Origin: Candidatus Dojkabacteria bacterium
GTDB lineage: Archaea > Nanobdellota > Nanobdellia > Pacearchaeales > GW2011-AR1
Reading direction: 5' to 3'
Length of the DNA stretch: 45,137 nucleotides
Assembly (NCBI GenBank): GCA_017610445.1
Contig: JAFCCB010000002.1
Span: 1-45,137 of the forward strand
How positions within the stretch are numbered: the stretch's first letter is position 1; the number at the start of each line of letters is the position of its first letter. Position numbers and translations under genes: made by a program. Positions 28,188-38,206 of this stretch are shown here, piece after piece. The notes under the pieces are model-generated. The model had not been told where the DNA came from. It did not search any database and saw only the letters and a program-made list of their open reading frames with translations.

Positions 28188-28758
28188 ACATTTCTAAATA
28201 TCCTTTGCTGAATAATTTTGTTTTACCAGCAATCATTTTAATTTGAGTATTCCCATTAGCAACAGAGTCTTTCATAAACTGCTCAATATTATTTGATAAT
28301 AATGAGTAAACAGCCTCCTCCTTGCTAATACTAACCTCTAAATCCTCATTTTCAACAACACCTTTTTTGCTGTTAGGCATTCCTTTAACTATCTCAGAAT
28401 TCCACACTTCATCACCCAAATTAAACTCAATCCAGGGATTTTCAAACAAAGGGGATTTGTGCAGATAACCAACACCCAAAGCAACTAAAATATAATTAAT
28501 ATAATCTTCATTAAATTCTAAAACTCCCTGCCCCACAACTGCTGATTCATTAACTTCGCCCATTTCATTTGTATTTGCAAAAACAATATCTTTTAGAGGA
28601 TTTTCCAAGACAATTTCCACTTTAGGTTTTTTAATTAAAAATCCTGCAGCAAAAACAACCAACAAAATAAACAAAACTCCAAATACAATTAATAAAACCT
28701 TAATAACTTTTTTCGTCTTCACAAATTTGTTCCTTATCTTAATTTTATCTGTCACCAT
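28150..28758 (-). CDS. membrane-anchored hypothetical protein
   Basis: N-terminal TM helix followed by a soluble acidic domain. Confidence 0.7.
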   Translation of the reverse strand: MVTDKIKIRNKFVKTKKVIKVLLIVFGVLFILLVVFAAGFLIKKPKVEIVLENPLKDIVFANTNEMGEVNESAVVGQGVLEFNEDYINYILVALGVGYLHKSPLFENPWIEFNLGDEVWNSEIVKGMPNSKKGVVENEDLEVSISKEEAVYSLLSNNIEQFMKDSVANGNTQIKMIAGKTKLFSKGYLEMYKELTGEEIEVE

Positions 28759-28956
28759 TTTTTAAATTAATTTTATTAAAGTATCTTATAAATTTTCAAG
28801 TTATGTTCTCAATAACTTAAGTCCTCATATGTATAACCCCTTTTTTAGAAGTTATAAATTAAATATTTATAATAATATAAAAAGCAATATTTAAATATTA
28901 CTTAAAACTATTTTAAAGGAAAACTAATGGAAGAAAACCATTGGTTGTCTTGCAAA

Positions 28957-30243
28957 ATGATAGATATAAAACTTATCAGGGAAAATCCAAAACAGGTGAA
29001 AGAAAACATAAAAAAGAAATTTCAAAATGAAAAACTTGTTTTAGTTGATAAAATAAAAAAATTAGATGAGAATTGGAGAAAACAAAAGTTCCAATCAGAT
29101 AGATTAAGAGCAGAAAGAAATAACATCTCTAAACAAATTAATCAGGCAAAAAAACAAAAGCAAAATTTAAAACCCTTAATAAAAAAAGCAAAAAAAATCC
29201 CAGAGAAAATAAAAAAAATAGAAGAAAAAACAGAGAAACTTCAAAAAGAAATTAAACAAATTATGCAACAGATTCCAAATATAATTTCAAAACAAACTCC
29301 CATTGGAAAAGATGAAACTAAAAACAGAGTAATAAAAAAATCAGGTAAAATTCAAAAATTTGCATTTAAAGTAAAAAATCATGTAGAACTTTTAGAAAAA
29401 TTAGATTTAATTGATTTTAATGCCTCTGCAAAAGTTTCTGGAAATGGATTTTATTATCTTAAAAAAGAATTAGCATTACTCAATCAAGCATTAATCAGAT
29501 TTGCAATTGATTTTATGAGAGAGAAAAATTACGAATACATTGAAACACCCTTAATGTTAAATGAGAAATCAATTTATGCTTCTATGGATAAAAAAGCAAT
29601 ACAAGAATCTGTTTATTCAATTAAAGATGAAAATTTAAGTTTAATCGGAACAGCAGAACAATCTCTCTTAGCTATGCACTTTAATGATACAATCCCAGAA
29701 TCAGAATTACCAAAAAAATATTTTTCATATTCAATGTGTTTTAGAAAAGAAATAGGTTCTCATGGAATAAATGAAAAAGGATTATGGAGAACCCACCAAT
29801 TTAATAAAGTTGAACAATTTATTTTTTGCACACCAGAACAATCTGAAAAACTCTATGATGAATTATTAAAAAATTCAGAAGGGATATTAAAACAGTTAGA
29901 ACTTCCTTACAGAATTTTAGAAATCTGTTCAGGAGATTTAGCAGACTGGAAATACAGAAGTGCTGACTTAGAAGTTTATCGCCCAACAACAAAAAAATAT
30001 GAAGAGATTATGTCTCTAAGTAATTGCACAGATTATCAAGCAAGGAAATTAAATATAAAATCAATAAATAAAAAAGGAAACAGAAGAATCCTTTATACAC
30101 TAAATAATACTGCTTTGGCAACTTCAAGAATAATGGTTGCAATTCTTGAAAACAACCAGCAAAAAGACGGTTCAATCAAAATCCCAAAAGTTCTTTGGAA
30201 ATACACTGGGTTTAAAGAGATAAAGCCAAAGAAAAAAATTTAA
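28957..30243 (+). CDS. serS: seryl-tRNA synthetase
   Basis: MIDIKLIRE start, N-terminal coiled coil, GTAE, CFRKEIG, GLWRTHQFNKVEQF and SNCTDYQAR motifs. Confidence 0.97.
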   Translation: MIDIKLIRENPKQVKENIKKKFQNEKLVLVDKIKKLDENWRKQKFQSDRLRAERNNISKQINQAKKQKQNLKPLIKKAKKIPEKIKKIEEKTEKLQKEIKQIMQQIPNIISKQTPIGKDETKNRVIKKSGKIQKFAFKVKNHVELLEKLDLIDFNASAKVSGNGFYYLKKELALLNQALIRFAIDFMREKNYEYIETPLMLNEKSIYASMDKKAIQESVYSIKDENLSLIGTAEQSLLAMHFNDTIPESELPKKYFSYSMCFRKEIGSHGINEKGLWRTHQFNKVEQFIFCTPEQSEKLYDELLKNSEGILKQLELPYRILEICSGDLADWKYRSADLEVYRPTTKKYEEIMSLSNCTDYQARKLNIKSINKKGNRRILYTLNNTALATSRIMVAILENNQQKDGSIKIPKVLWKYTGFKEIKPKKKI

Positions 30244-30267
30244 ATAAAATAAAAACATTCAATTAAT

Positions 30268-30411
30268 ATGGTAACTAAAAGAAAACCTAAGAAAACAAAA
30301 AGAAAACCTAAGAAAACAAAAAGAAAACCTAAGAAAACAAAAAGAAAATCTATCAAAAAAAAGAAGGCGACAAAAACAAAAAAAGGATGGGGTCGCCCTT
30401 ATGGATATTAA
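30268..30411 (+). CDS. 47-aa extremely basic peptide with (KRKPKKT)x3 (not in the ORF track)
   Basis: MVTKRKPKKTKRKPKKTKRKPKKTKRKSIKKKKATKTKKGWGRPYGY*; overlaps the start of the next gene. Confidence 0.6.
   Translation: MVTKRKPKKTKRKPKKTKRKPKKTKRKSIKKKKATKTKKGWGRPYGY
30277..30348. repeat. 21-bp tandem repeat, ~3.4 copies (aaaagaaaacctaagaaaaca)
   Basis: Perfect in-frame copies inside the basic peptide ORF. Confidence 0.9.
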
Positions 30412-30844
30412 CATAATTCTAGTAATAATTCAAAGTATAATGGTAATAACCACAATTATTTATGTAATCTTAATTTCAAAAACAATCACATCTAATAAAA
30501 GATTAAATCAACAAAATATTTTCAATGAAATTGTAAGACAAGAAAGAGAACTAAAAATAAAACTATGGGAATACAGAGAGATTATAAATAATGAAAAAAC
30601 AAACAAAAAGAAAAGAGAGGAAACAAAACTTAATTATGATACAATTTTATTCAACTATTATGAATTTTTAGCTATTTGTTTATATAATAAATTAATTAAT
30701 GAAAAAGAAACAAAATTGTTTTTTAAAACACCCTTAGTGAGTGTAAGAGAATTATTTGAAAAGAGTTTACTTTTTAAGAAAAACTACGCTAAAAAAGAAC
30801 AATATAAAGTCGTCCAATGGCTTTTTAAAAGATGGAATATTTAA
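30401..30844 (+). CDS. N-terminally membrane-anchored helical hypothetical protein
   Basis: TM helix; FNYYEFLA motif reminiscent of DUF4760-like proteins. Confidence 0.65.
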   Translation: MDINIILVIIQSIMVITTIIYVILISKTITSNKRLNQQNIFNEIVRQERELKIKLWEYREIINNEKTNKKKREETKLNYDTILFNYYEFLAICLYNKLINEKETKLFFKTPLVSVRELFEKSLLFKKNYAKKEQYKVVQWLFKRWNI

Positions 30845-30890
30845 AAAATAGAACAACAATTCTTATAAAGTAAAATAAGTACCAATAAAT

Positions 30891-31121
30891 ATGACTCTGC
30901 AAGAAATATTAAATAAAATTAAAGAAAACCCAAAAAATCAAATACAAAAACAAGAAATTATAAAAATTTCTAATGGAAATAACCTAATTGTAACAATTTA
31001 TCCAATAGATAATAAAGCATTATTTCATGGAGAATATATACAAACTGCTAATTTTATAGATGAGTTAAAACCTCTCATTAATTTCTTAGATACTAAAAAA
31101 TATAGAATTAATTTACAATAA
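30891..31121 (+). CDS. hypothetical protein
   Basis: 76-aa ORF with TATA-like ttataaag upstream. Confidence 0.5.
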   Translation: MTLQEILNKIKENPKNQIQKQEIIKISNGNNLIVTIYPIDNKALFHGEYIQTANFIDELKPLINFLDTKKYRINLQ

Positions 31122-31173
31122 AACAAACTACTAATTTCAATAAATATAAAAACATATTTCTATTAGTATAATT

Positions 31174-31803
31174 ATGAAAAAACAAACAAAACAAAAATCT
31201 CCTAAAAAGAAATTCAAAATCCTCGCAGCAGGCGACTTCCACGGAGATTCTTCCACAGCAAAAAAATTAGCAAAAAAAGCAAAAAAACAAAATGTTGATT
31301 TGGTTATTTTAACCGGTGATATTACCGGAACAATAGAAACTGAAAATTTATTAAAGCCATTCATAGAACAAGGAAAAAAAGTCATCTTTGTTCCGGGAAA
31401 CTGGGAAACTAAAGAAACAGCAGATTTCCTGTCAAAACTTTATGGAGTAAAAAATATTGGAAAACATTATGTAAAATATAAAGACATTGGGATTTTTGGA
31501 GTAGGAAGCGAAGATTGGCAGTTAAATCTAAATGAGAAAAAAACATTTAACAAACTAAAAAAAAATTTTGAAAAAATAAAAAATTTGGAAAAACACATTT
31601 TAGTAAGTCATATTCATGCAGCAAAAACAAAAGCAGAATTTTCAGGAATCCCTGGAAGTACAGCATTAAGAAAAGCAATTAAAGAATTTCAGCCAGATTT
31701 ATTTATCTCAGGGCATATTCATGAAGCAGAAGGATTAAGTGAAAAAATTGGAAAAACAAAACTAATCAGTGTCGGAAGAAAAGGGAAAATTATTGAGATT
31801 TAA
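31174..31803 (+). CDS. calcineurin-like metallophosphoesterase
   Basis: GDFHG, TGD, PGNWE and SGHIHE motifs. Confidence 0.92.
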   Translation: MKKQTKQKSPKKKFKILAAGDFHGDSSTAKKLAKKAKKQNVDLVILTGDITGTIETENLLKPFIEQGKKVIFVPGNWETKETADFLSKLYGVKNIGKHYVKYKDIGIFGVGSEDWQLNLNEKKTFNKLKKNFEKIKNLEKHILVSHIHAAKTKAEFSGIPGSTALRKAIKEFQPDLFISGHIHEAEGLSEKIGKTKLISVGRKGKIIEI

Positions 31804-32108
31804 GCTTTATTTCTTTTTTTCATTTTCTTTATAAAAGATTCTCCTGTTATCTCTTTATATTTATTAACTAATTTTCTAAACTGATAATCAGAAATATAAT
31901 CTTCATTCTTACAAACTTTTAAGAATGTTTCAACTTGTACAAGATCTTCTTTATAAACTACTTGCTCCTAACAATGCCGAATCGGTTGGTTTCTTGAACT
32001 CTTTAATTTAGAAAAAGATTTTTCTAAATTTTCTAATAAATCTAATGTAACTAGTTCTAATCCTTTCTTTTTTAAATAAATCTCATCCATATCAGGCCTT
32101 TTTACCAT
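31800..32108 (-). pseudogene. ~102-codon hypothetical gene with one in-frame TAG
   Basis: MVKRPDMDEIYLKKKG...PIRHC*EQVVYKEDLVQVETFLKVC...KRIKL*; TAG at 31968-31970; TATA-like box upstream. Confidence 0.6.
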
Positions 32109-32188
32109 AAATTTACTAAGAATAATAGATTTATAAGAATTATTGCATTATAACAAAACTTTTTAAAACAAATAATTTTAACAAATTC

Positions 32189-32512
32189 ATGATAACATCA
32201 GTACCAACAGAAATAATCAGTTTAGGATTAAACCATGAAGATTATGCAAAAATAGCAAGAAATGTAAAAAGAGTCCTAAATATATCAGAAACCAAATGGC
32301 AAAAAATCTTAGACAGAGCAAATAATGAACTTTCTGCAAAACTAAGAACAATTGCTCATCCTTTAATAAAACACATGACTTATGATAGAGAATTTTTTGC
32401 TGAAGCAAATCTAAAATATTCTAAAGGTCCTCCAATACAAGGTTGCTTTGTAACTGCATTAGCAGATTATTTATTAAGAAAAAAAGATGTTATTGAAAAA
32501 CATCTTTCTTAA
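32189..32512 (+). CDS. hypothetical protein
   Basis: 107-aa ORF with a TATA-like box upstream. Confidence 0.55.
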   Translation: MITSVPTEIISLGLNHEDYAKIARNVKRVLNISETKWQKILDRANNELSAKLRTIAHPLIKHMTYDREFFAEANLKYSKGPPIQGCFVTALADYLLRKKDVIEKHLS

Positions 32513-32551
32513 AAAAGTTTTTATATGACTTACCTTTAATATTTATATAAT

Positions 32552-34879
32552 ATGCCAAGAAAAAAACCATCACCACAAAAAATCGAGCAAAAACAATTTC
32601 ATGTTTTTGCCCCAGAAGATATAAAACAATCAGTAGAAATTCCAGAAAAACCAAAACCTAAACTAAAAGATTTAGAAACAATAGAAAAAATAGGAAAAAA
32701 ACAAGCAGTTAAAAAAACAAAAAAACAAGCAGTTAAATCAGACAAATACATATTAATAATCACAGAAAAACCACAGGCTGCAGGAAAAATCGCAGCAGCA
32801 CTTTCTAATGGAACAGATAAAAAAATAAACAAACCAGGAGGGGTTTATTATTACAAACTTGAAAGAAACAATAAAAAAATAATAATCGCCTGTGCAGTCG
32901 GGCATTTATTCTCAGTCGCGCAGACAAAAAAAGGAAACACTTACCCTGTTTTTGACATTGAATGGAAGCCAAATTTTGAAGTCAGAAAAAAAGATTTCAC
33001 AAAAAAATATTATTCAACAATAAAAAAATTAGTTGGAAATGCCTCTGAGATTATTGTTGCAACAGATTTTGACATAGAAGGAGAGGTTATTGGCTACAAT
33101 ATCGTAAGATTTATTGCAGAAAAAAAAGATGCTAAAAGAATGAAATTCTCTTCTTTAACAGCAAAAGAACTGCAAGACTCTTATGACAATGCACTCCCAA
33201 CAATCGAATGGGGGCAGGCAATTGCAGGAGAAACAAGACATTTCCTTGACTGGCTTTACGGAATTAATCTTTCAAGAGCACTAATGCATGCAATTTCATC
33301 AACAGGAAAATTCAGAATAATGTCAATAGGTAGAGTTCAAGGCCCAACACTGCACCTAATAGTAAATAGAGAAAAAGAAATCAAAAAATTCAAATCAACA
33401 CCCTACTGGCAGGTATTTATAACAATAAATAATCAAACAAACATCTTAGAACTCAAACACAATAAAGATATAACAAAAAAACAAAATTTAGATAAATTCA
33501 AAAAATTAAAAAATAAAAAAATAGAAGTTACAACCAAAAAAACAAAACAGACAATTAACCCCCCCGCCCCTTTTGACCTTACCACTTTGCAGACAGAAGC
33601 ATACAAATTTTATTCAATAACTCCTTCAAGAACATTGCAGATTGCTCAAAAATTATATTTAGCAGGACTTATCTCTTATCCAAGAACATCCTCTCAAAAA
33701 ATTCCAGAAGGAATGAAACCAAAAGAAATCCTGAAAAAATTATCAAAATTCTTCCCAAAATTAACTGAAAACACAATAAGACAAAAACCAATCGAGGGGC
33801 ATAAATCAGACCCAGCCCATCCGGCAATCATCCCAACAGGACAGTATCAAAAACTGCAGGAACAAGACAAGAAAATTTACAATTTAATAGTAAAACGTTT
33901 CATTTCATGCTTCTGTGATAATGCAGAATTAGAAAATAAAAAAATAGAAACAGAGATTATATATGAATCTAAATCAAAACATGGAGATTCTGAATTAGGG
34001 CATGATGTTTTTATTAAAGAAAAACTTAAATTTTCTACAAGAGGTTTGGAAATAATAAATTCCGGCTGGATGGATGTTTACCCTGCTAAACTGCAGGAAA
34101 AAGAAATCCCTGATTTAAACGGAGAATTTAATATTGATAAAATCAGAACAGAAGAAAAACAAACAAAACCGCCAAAAAGATACTCACCTGCCTCTATTTT
34201 AAAAGAATTAGAAAAAAAATCCCTTGGAACAAAAGCCACAAGAGCAAATATACTAGAAACCCTTTACAACAGAAATTACATTAAAGAAAAATCAATTCAG
34301 GCAACAAAATTAGGAATTAGATTAATAGAAAGTTTAGAAAAACACTCTCCAATTATTATTAACGAAAAATTGACAAGAGAAATTGAAGAAGATATGGAAA
34401 ATATAAGAGCGAGCAGGCATAATTTAAAGAAAAAACAGGAAAATACAATAAAAAAAGCAGAAACATCTCTGACAAAAATCTCAAAAGATTTCAAAAAGCA
34501 GGAAAAAGAAATAGGAAAAGAACTTGTTAAAGCAAACGAAGCATTATGGGAACAGCAAAAACAAGACAACAAACTTGGAATAAAATGCCCTTCATGCAAC
34601 AAAGGAGAACTTACAATAAAATACACCCCTAGATTTAAGTCATATTTTATTGCCTGCACAAACTATCCAGATTGCAGGCAAACATTCCCCCTCCCATCTC
34701 ATTCATTAATTAAAAAAACAGATAAAATCTGCCCTTATTGCAAATGGCCGATGCTCCTCAGAATAAAAAAAGGAAAACGCCCGTGGATTTTCTGTCCAAA
34801 TCCAAAATGTGAATCAAGAAAAGATTTAGACTTAAATGGTAATACAAAAAAAAGAAAACCTAGATACTTTGGGAAATGA
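32552..34879 (+). CDS. topA: DNA topoisomerase I (type IA) with C-terminal Zn ribbons
   Basis: ITEKP, GH, ATDFDIEGE TOPRIM motif, SIGRVQ, ISYPRT catalytic Tyr, LGTKATR and two C4 ribbons. Confidence 0.96.
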   Translation: MPRKKPSPQKIEQKQFHVFAPEDIKQSVEIPEKPKPKLKDLETIEKIGKKQAVKKTKKQAVKSDKYILIITEKPQAAGKIAAALSNGTDKKINKPGGVYYYKLERNNKKIIIACAVGHLFSVAQTKKGNTYPVFDIEWKPNFEVRKKDFTKKYYSTIKKLVGNASEIIVATDFDIEGEVIGYNIVRFIAEKKDAKRMKFSSLTAKELQDSYDNALPTIEWGQAIAGETRHFLDWLYGINLSRALMHAISSTGKFRIMSIGRVQGPTLHLIVNREKEIKKFKSTPYWQVFITINNQTNILELKHNKDITKKQNLDKFKKLKNKKIEVTTKKTKQTINPPAPFDLTTLQTEAYKFYSITPSRTLQIAQKLYLAGLISYPRTSSQKIPEGMKPKEILKKLSKFFPKLTENTIRQKPIEGHKSDPAHPAIIPTGQYQKLQEQDKKIYNLIVKRFISCFCDNAELENKKIETEIIYESKSKHGDSELGHDVFIKEKLKFSTRGLEIINSGWMDVYPAKLQEKEIPDLNGEFNIDKIRTEEKQTKPPKRYSPASILKELEKKSLGTKATRANILETLYNRNYIKEKSIQATKLGIRLIESLEKHSPIIINEKLTREIEEDMENIRASRHNLKKKQENTIKKAETSLTKISKDFKKQEKEIGKELVKANEALWEQQKQDNKLGIKCPSCNKGELTIKYTPRFKSYFIACTNYPDCRQTFPLPSHSLIKKTDKICPYCKWPMLLRIKKGKRPWIFCPNPKCESRKDLDLNGNTKKRKPRYFGK

Positions 34880-35106
34880 AACTTACAAAATTAATAATCC
34901 CAATAACAATTAGTTTATTAGCAACAGCTACAAGTGCAGATTCTATTCAACAAGTTCCTAAAATCCATAAAAAACCTTTAATCCCTTATTCTCAATCTAA
35001 ACCTTATAATCCAAAAAAAGAAAATAATACTAATTCAAATATGAAAGCTATTTTAGAAGATGATAAAGAATATTTATTTGATCAAAAACATATAATAAAA
35101 CAATAG
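34876..35106 (+). CDS. small secreted hypothetical protein
   Basis: Signal-like N-terminus ending ATSA; ATGA overlap with topA. Confidence 0.5.
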   Translation: MKLTKLIIPITISLLATATSADSIQQVPKIHKKPLIPYSQSKPYNPKKENNTNSNMKAILEDDKEYLFDQKHIIKQ

Positions 35107-35157
35107 TATATTTCTAAATACAGATTTATTTAAAAACAAAATTTTCATTATGATTAA

Positions 35158-35841
35158 ATGAACCGAGATGAAGTAATTGCTAGAAATGGATTGGACATAA
35201 AAGCTATTAAATTAAGACCTGATAATCCTTTTACATGGGCTTCTGGATATAGAATGCCAATTTATAATGATAATAGGATGTTTCTTGGGGGATATACAAA
35301 CAGAAAACTAATTGCACTTGCCTTTTCAGATATCCTCTTTGAAAATAATATTTATTATGACATAATTGCAGGAACTTCAACAGCTGGTATTTCCCCTGCA
35401 ACAACCTTAGGAGACAAGGAAAAAACCCCTATAATTTATGTAAGAGATAAACCAAAAGATCATGGATTAAAAAATCAAATTGAAGGAATTGATGCTGAAT
35501 CAGATTTGCAAGGAAAAAAAGTTGTTTTAATAGAAGATTTAATTTCTACAGGAGGCAGTTCTGCAAGGGCTGTTCAAGCTATAAGAGATGCTAAAGGAGA
35601 ATGCAATTATTGTCTATCAATATTTAATTATGGATTAGATAAAGCAGTTAAAGCCTTTGATGCTTTAAATCCAAAATGTGATGTTCATTCTATTTTAACT
35701 TATGATAATCTATTAAAAATAGCAAAAGAAATAGGATATATAAATGAAGAACAAGTAGAAATGCTTACAGAATGGAAAACAGATCCTTTTAATTGGGGAG
35801 AAAAACATGGCTTTCCAAAAGTAGATAGAAGAGATAATTAA
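35158..35841 (+). CDS. pyrE: orotate phosphoribosyltransferase
   Basis: PFTWASG, PIYNDNR, YVRDKPKDHG and LIEDLISTGGS (PRPP-binding) motifs. Confidence 0.95.
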   Translation: MNRDEVIARNGLDIKAIKLRPDNPFTWASGYRMPIYNDNRMFLGGYTNRKLIALAFSDILFENNIYYDIIAGTSTAGISPATTLGDKEKTPIIYVRDKPKDHGLKNQIEGIDAESDLQGKKVVLIEDLISTGGSSARAVQAIRDAKGECNYCLSIFNYGLDKAVKAFDALNPKCDVHSILTYDNLLKIAKEIGYINEEQVEMLTEWKTDPFNWGEKHGFPKVDRRDN

Positions 35842-35844
35842 AAA

Positions 35845-35883
35845 TGCCAAAGTCAGGAGGGAGTTCAATTCTCCTATCCTGCA
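35845..35883 (+). other. orphan 3' tRNA fragment, probably tRNA-Gly(GCC)
   Basis: T-GCC-AA-AGTCA-GGA-GGGAG-TTCAATT-CTCCT-ATCCTGC-A: anticodon, T-arm, acceptor 3' strand and discriminator; no 5' half upstream. Confidence 0.6.
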
Positions 35884-35929
35884 TAACATTTATATAATGA
35901 TTTTTCTTAATAATTAAAAGAAAGAAAAA

Positions 35930-36205
35930 ATGAAAAAGAAAACTGTCTATGTGAAAGAAGTGAAGAAAGAAGTAAAACAAGCAAAAAAGGCAGTTAAAAA
36001 AGCAAAAAAAGAAATAAGAGGAGCAGAGGAAACAACAGAAAAGGCACAAGAAGAAGTTGTTGAAGTAGCAGAAGTGATAAAAGGAAAACAAAAGAAGAAA
36101 TTTACAGGTGCTGCAAGAGATTTAGAAAAAGCAGTTCATTCTGCAGCAGAATCTTGTGAATCTACAGAAGAAGCAGAATTCAAAATAAAATCTTCAAAAA
36201 AATAA
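35930..36205 (+). CDS. K/E/A-rich coiled-coil hypothetical protein
   Basis: Low-complexity helical 91 aa; tttatata box upstream. Confidence 0.6.
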   Translation: MKKKTVYVKEVKKEVKQAKKAVKKAKKEIRGAEETTEKAQEEVVEVAEVIKGKQKKKFTGAARDLEKAVHSAAESCESTEEAEFKIKSSKK

Positions 36206-36308
36206 TTTTTTCAAAAAATCAGTGCCCCATTACCTAGTTCTTCAAAAAATTATTTATCAACTCTTCCTTTAAAGATACCAAGCTCTTATCTAAAGTATTC
36301 TCGCTTGG

Positions 36309-37445
36309 CTAATAGACATTGAATAACTCAGAAATAATCCCAAAAGCAAAAATTAGTGAAAGGATTATTATTAAAGTTTTACTTATGGGGAGCATAAACT
36401 CTGGCTTTCTATCTCCTAGTTTTTCAGCTCTCTTATGAATTATTAGGACCAATATAGCAATAATCCCTCCTGAAACAACCCCCCCAAGAGATATAACTCT
36501 TATAAAAGAAAAAAATTCTTTAAACATTTGAGTTAAAAGAAAAGCAATAATTGGGAGAATTGTAGCCTTAACCCATGCTCTTTTCTTTGAATTTTTAAAA
36601 TCAAAAATATAATTCTGCTGCAAAGCATTTCCTAAAGAAAGATAAGAAGTAAACATAGCTATTATCCCCATAAACACAAAAATTCCTCCTAAGGCAAATG
36701 TTGCTATTTCTGGGGTTTCACTCCCTTTAAATCCCACAACAACAAAAGTAAAAATAAGATAAAAAAGTGCAGGAAGAAGTGTACCAATAATGATTGCCTT
36801 TTTCATTAGTTTCCTGTTTCTATTTAAAACTATTTTAGCTTCTGGTATTGCAAAAAAAGACATCATAGAAAATAAAATTACCCCAAAAGGAAGTAAAACA
36901 TTTTTCAAATTAATATATCCTAGATTTGATAAATTTATTTTATTAAAAAACATTATACAAATAGAAAGGAGTAATGCCAAAGAGATTATTACTCCTGTTT
37001 TTTCAAATATTTTTAATGAAGACATCCCTTTCCAAATAAGCATTGACATGAGCAACCCAAAAAACACCCCTATTGGAATAAAATATCTAATATCCCCAAA
37101 AATTAGAAGACTTATACTTTCCCCAACACCGATAGTATAGGCGATTATAGCAGCAAAAATTACAAATTTTGTTGCATAAAGCATAATGTATTTTCCCTTT
37201 TTTCCAAGATATTTTTCAGCATAGCCTGTTAATTGATGGTTTTTCTTTGTTCTTAATACTATTTCTCCTAAATAAAGATTTATAAAAAGAAGTATAATTG
37301 AAAAAATAATAATGTAAATTAAAGTTATAAGAAATCCTGCTTTTGCAGTAACATAGGGAATACCTAAAAAACCAGCACCAATGCATGTTCCAGTTATTAT
37401 AGAAATAGCAGTAAATAATTGTTTACTCTCTTTTGTAAGTTTCAT
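36309..37445 (-). CDS. aromatic amino-acid permease (HAAAP; TyrP/Mtr-like)
   Basis: GTCIGAGFLGIP TM1 motif; about 11 TM segments. Confidence 0.85.
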   Translation of the reverse strand: MKLTKESKQLFTAISIITGTCIGAGFLGIPYVTAKAGFLITLIYIIIFSIILLFINLYLGEIVLRTKKNHQLTGYAEKYLGKKGKYIMLYATKFVIFAAIIAYTIGVGESISLLIFGDIRYFIPIGVFFGLLMSMLIWKGMSSLKIFEKTGVIISLALLLSICIMFFNKINLSNLGYINLKNVLLPFGVILFSMMSFFAIPEAKIVLNRNRKLMKKAIIIGTLLPALFYLIFTFVVVGFKGSETPEIATFALGGIFVFMGIIAMFTSYLSLGNALQQNYIFDFKNSKKRAWVKATILPIIAFLLTQMFKEFFSFIRVISLGGVVSGGIIAILVLIIHKRAEKLGDRKPEFMLPISKTLIIILSLIFAFGIISELFNVY

Positions 37446-37513
37446 GAACTAATTAGTAAAAAATCATATATAAAAGTAATCCCTCAACTTAATAGATAAT
37501 ATTCATAGAATAA

Positions 37514-38128
37514 TTATTCTTCTTCTGGCTCACTTGCTAAAAAAGCCCACCAAGGTTTCTTAATTTTAATCACTTCTCCGTTTTCTGCATCAACTTGTGC
37601 CTGAACCTGCATTCTTGCTTTGAATAAACCAAAAACCCTTGATTGCCTTTGAGTTTTTAACTCATAAGCTAATTTTGTCTGTTCTCCAGAACCTACTTCT
37701 TTTAGTTCTATTTGGCATTGATTTTCCTCAGAACAAACTTTTAACCTTAATCTTTCTAATGCCCTCTCAGAAGCAGTGTTGGGCATAATTTTAATTTCTG
37801 CATTTTTTCCATTTGAAAGTCTTGCATATAGTTTTGTTTTATTTTGAACTTTTTCTTGTTTCATCTCACAATCACATTCTACAGAAACTCCTCCAACTTC
37901 AAGATTTATTCTGTTGTTTGCTTGGGTTTGTATTTTAAGCATTTGCCCTCCTTCACCCTCATGTATTCCCTCTTGAACCTGAACTCTATCTTGGTCTTGT
38001 GTTTGCTGGCTTATTGCACCTGAATTTTGAGTTCCAGTTTCATCACCTGTGCCAGTTCCTTGCCCTTGTGCAAATACAAAGCTAATAAGAAAAATTCCAA
38101 TAAATAATGTTAATATCCCCTTTTTCAT
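37514..38128 (-). CDS. secreted hypothetical protein with a PepSY-like C-terminus
   Basis: Signal peptide, G/Q/T-rich linker, VDAENGEVI followed by KKPWWAFLA. Confidence 0.7.
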   Translation of the reverse strand: MKKGILTLFIGIFLISFVFAQGQGTGTGDETGTQNSGAISQQTQDQDRVQVQEGIHEGEGGQMLKIQTQANNRINLEVGGVSVECDCEMKQEKVQNKTKLYARLSNGKNAEIKIMPNTASERALERLRLKVCSEENQCQIELKEVGSGEQTKLAYELKTQRQSRVFGLFKARMQVQAQVDAENGEVIKIKKPWWAFLASEPEEE

Positions 38129-38206
38129 AATACCATTAAACTTTTAAGTTATTTAAAGTTTTCTGAACCTGAGGTTAAGTGCCCTTGCCGAACTTTTAGA
38201 AAATAT

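Noticed and set aside
28150-28758. SCP2-like lipid-binding fold in the membrane-anchored protein
   Set aside because: Only a vague pattern resemblance; it cannot be supported without a profile search.
27900-32108. Stop-codon reassignment suggested by in-frame TAG/TAA in two ORFs
   Set aside because: TAG ends conserved genes at the expected length (e.g. radB), and long core genes have no internal stops.
26477-35883. The 5' tRNA half (26477) and 3' half (35845) forming one split tRNA
   Set aside because: The acceptor strands GCCTCTG and ATCCTGC do not pair and each half carries a different anticodon (CTT vs GCC). The TGACT/AGTCA complementarity is out of register.
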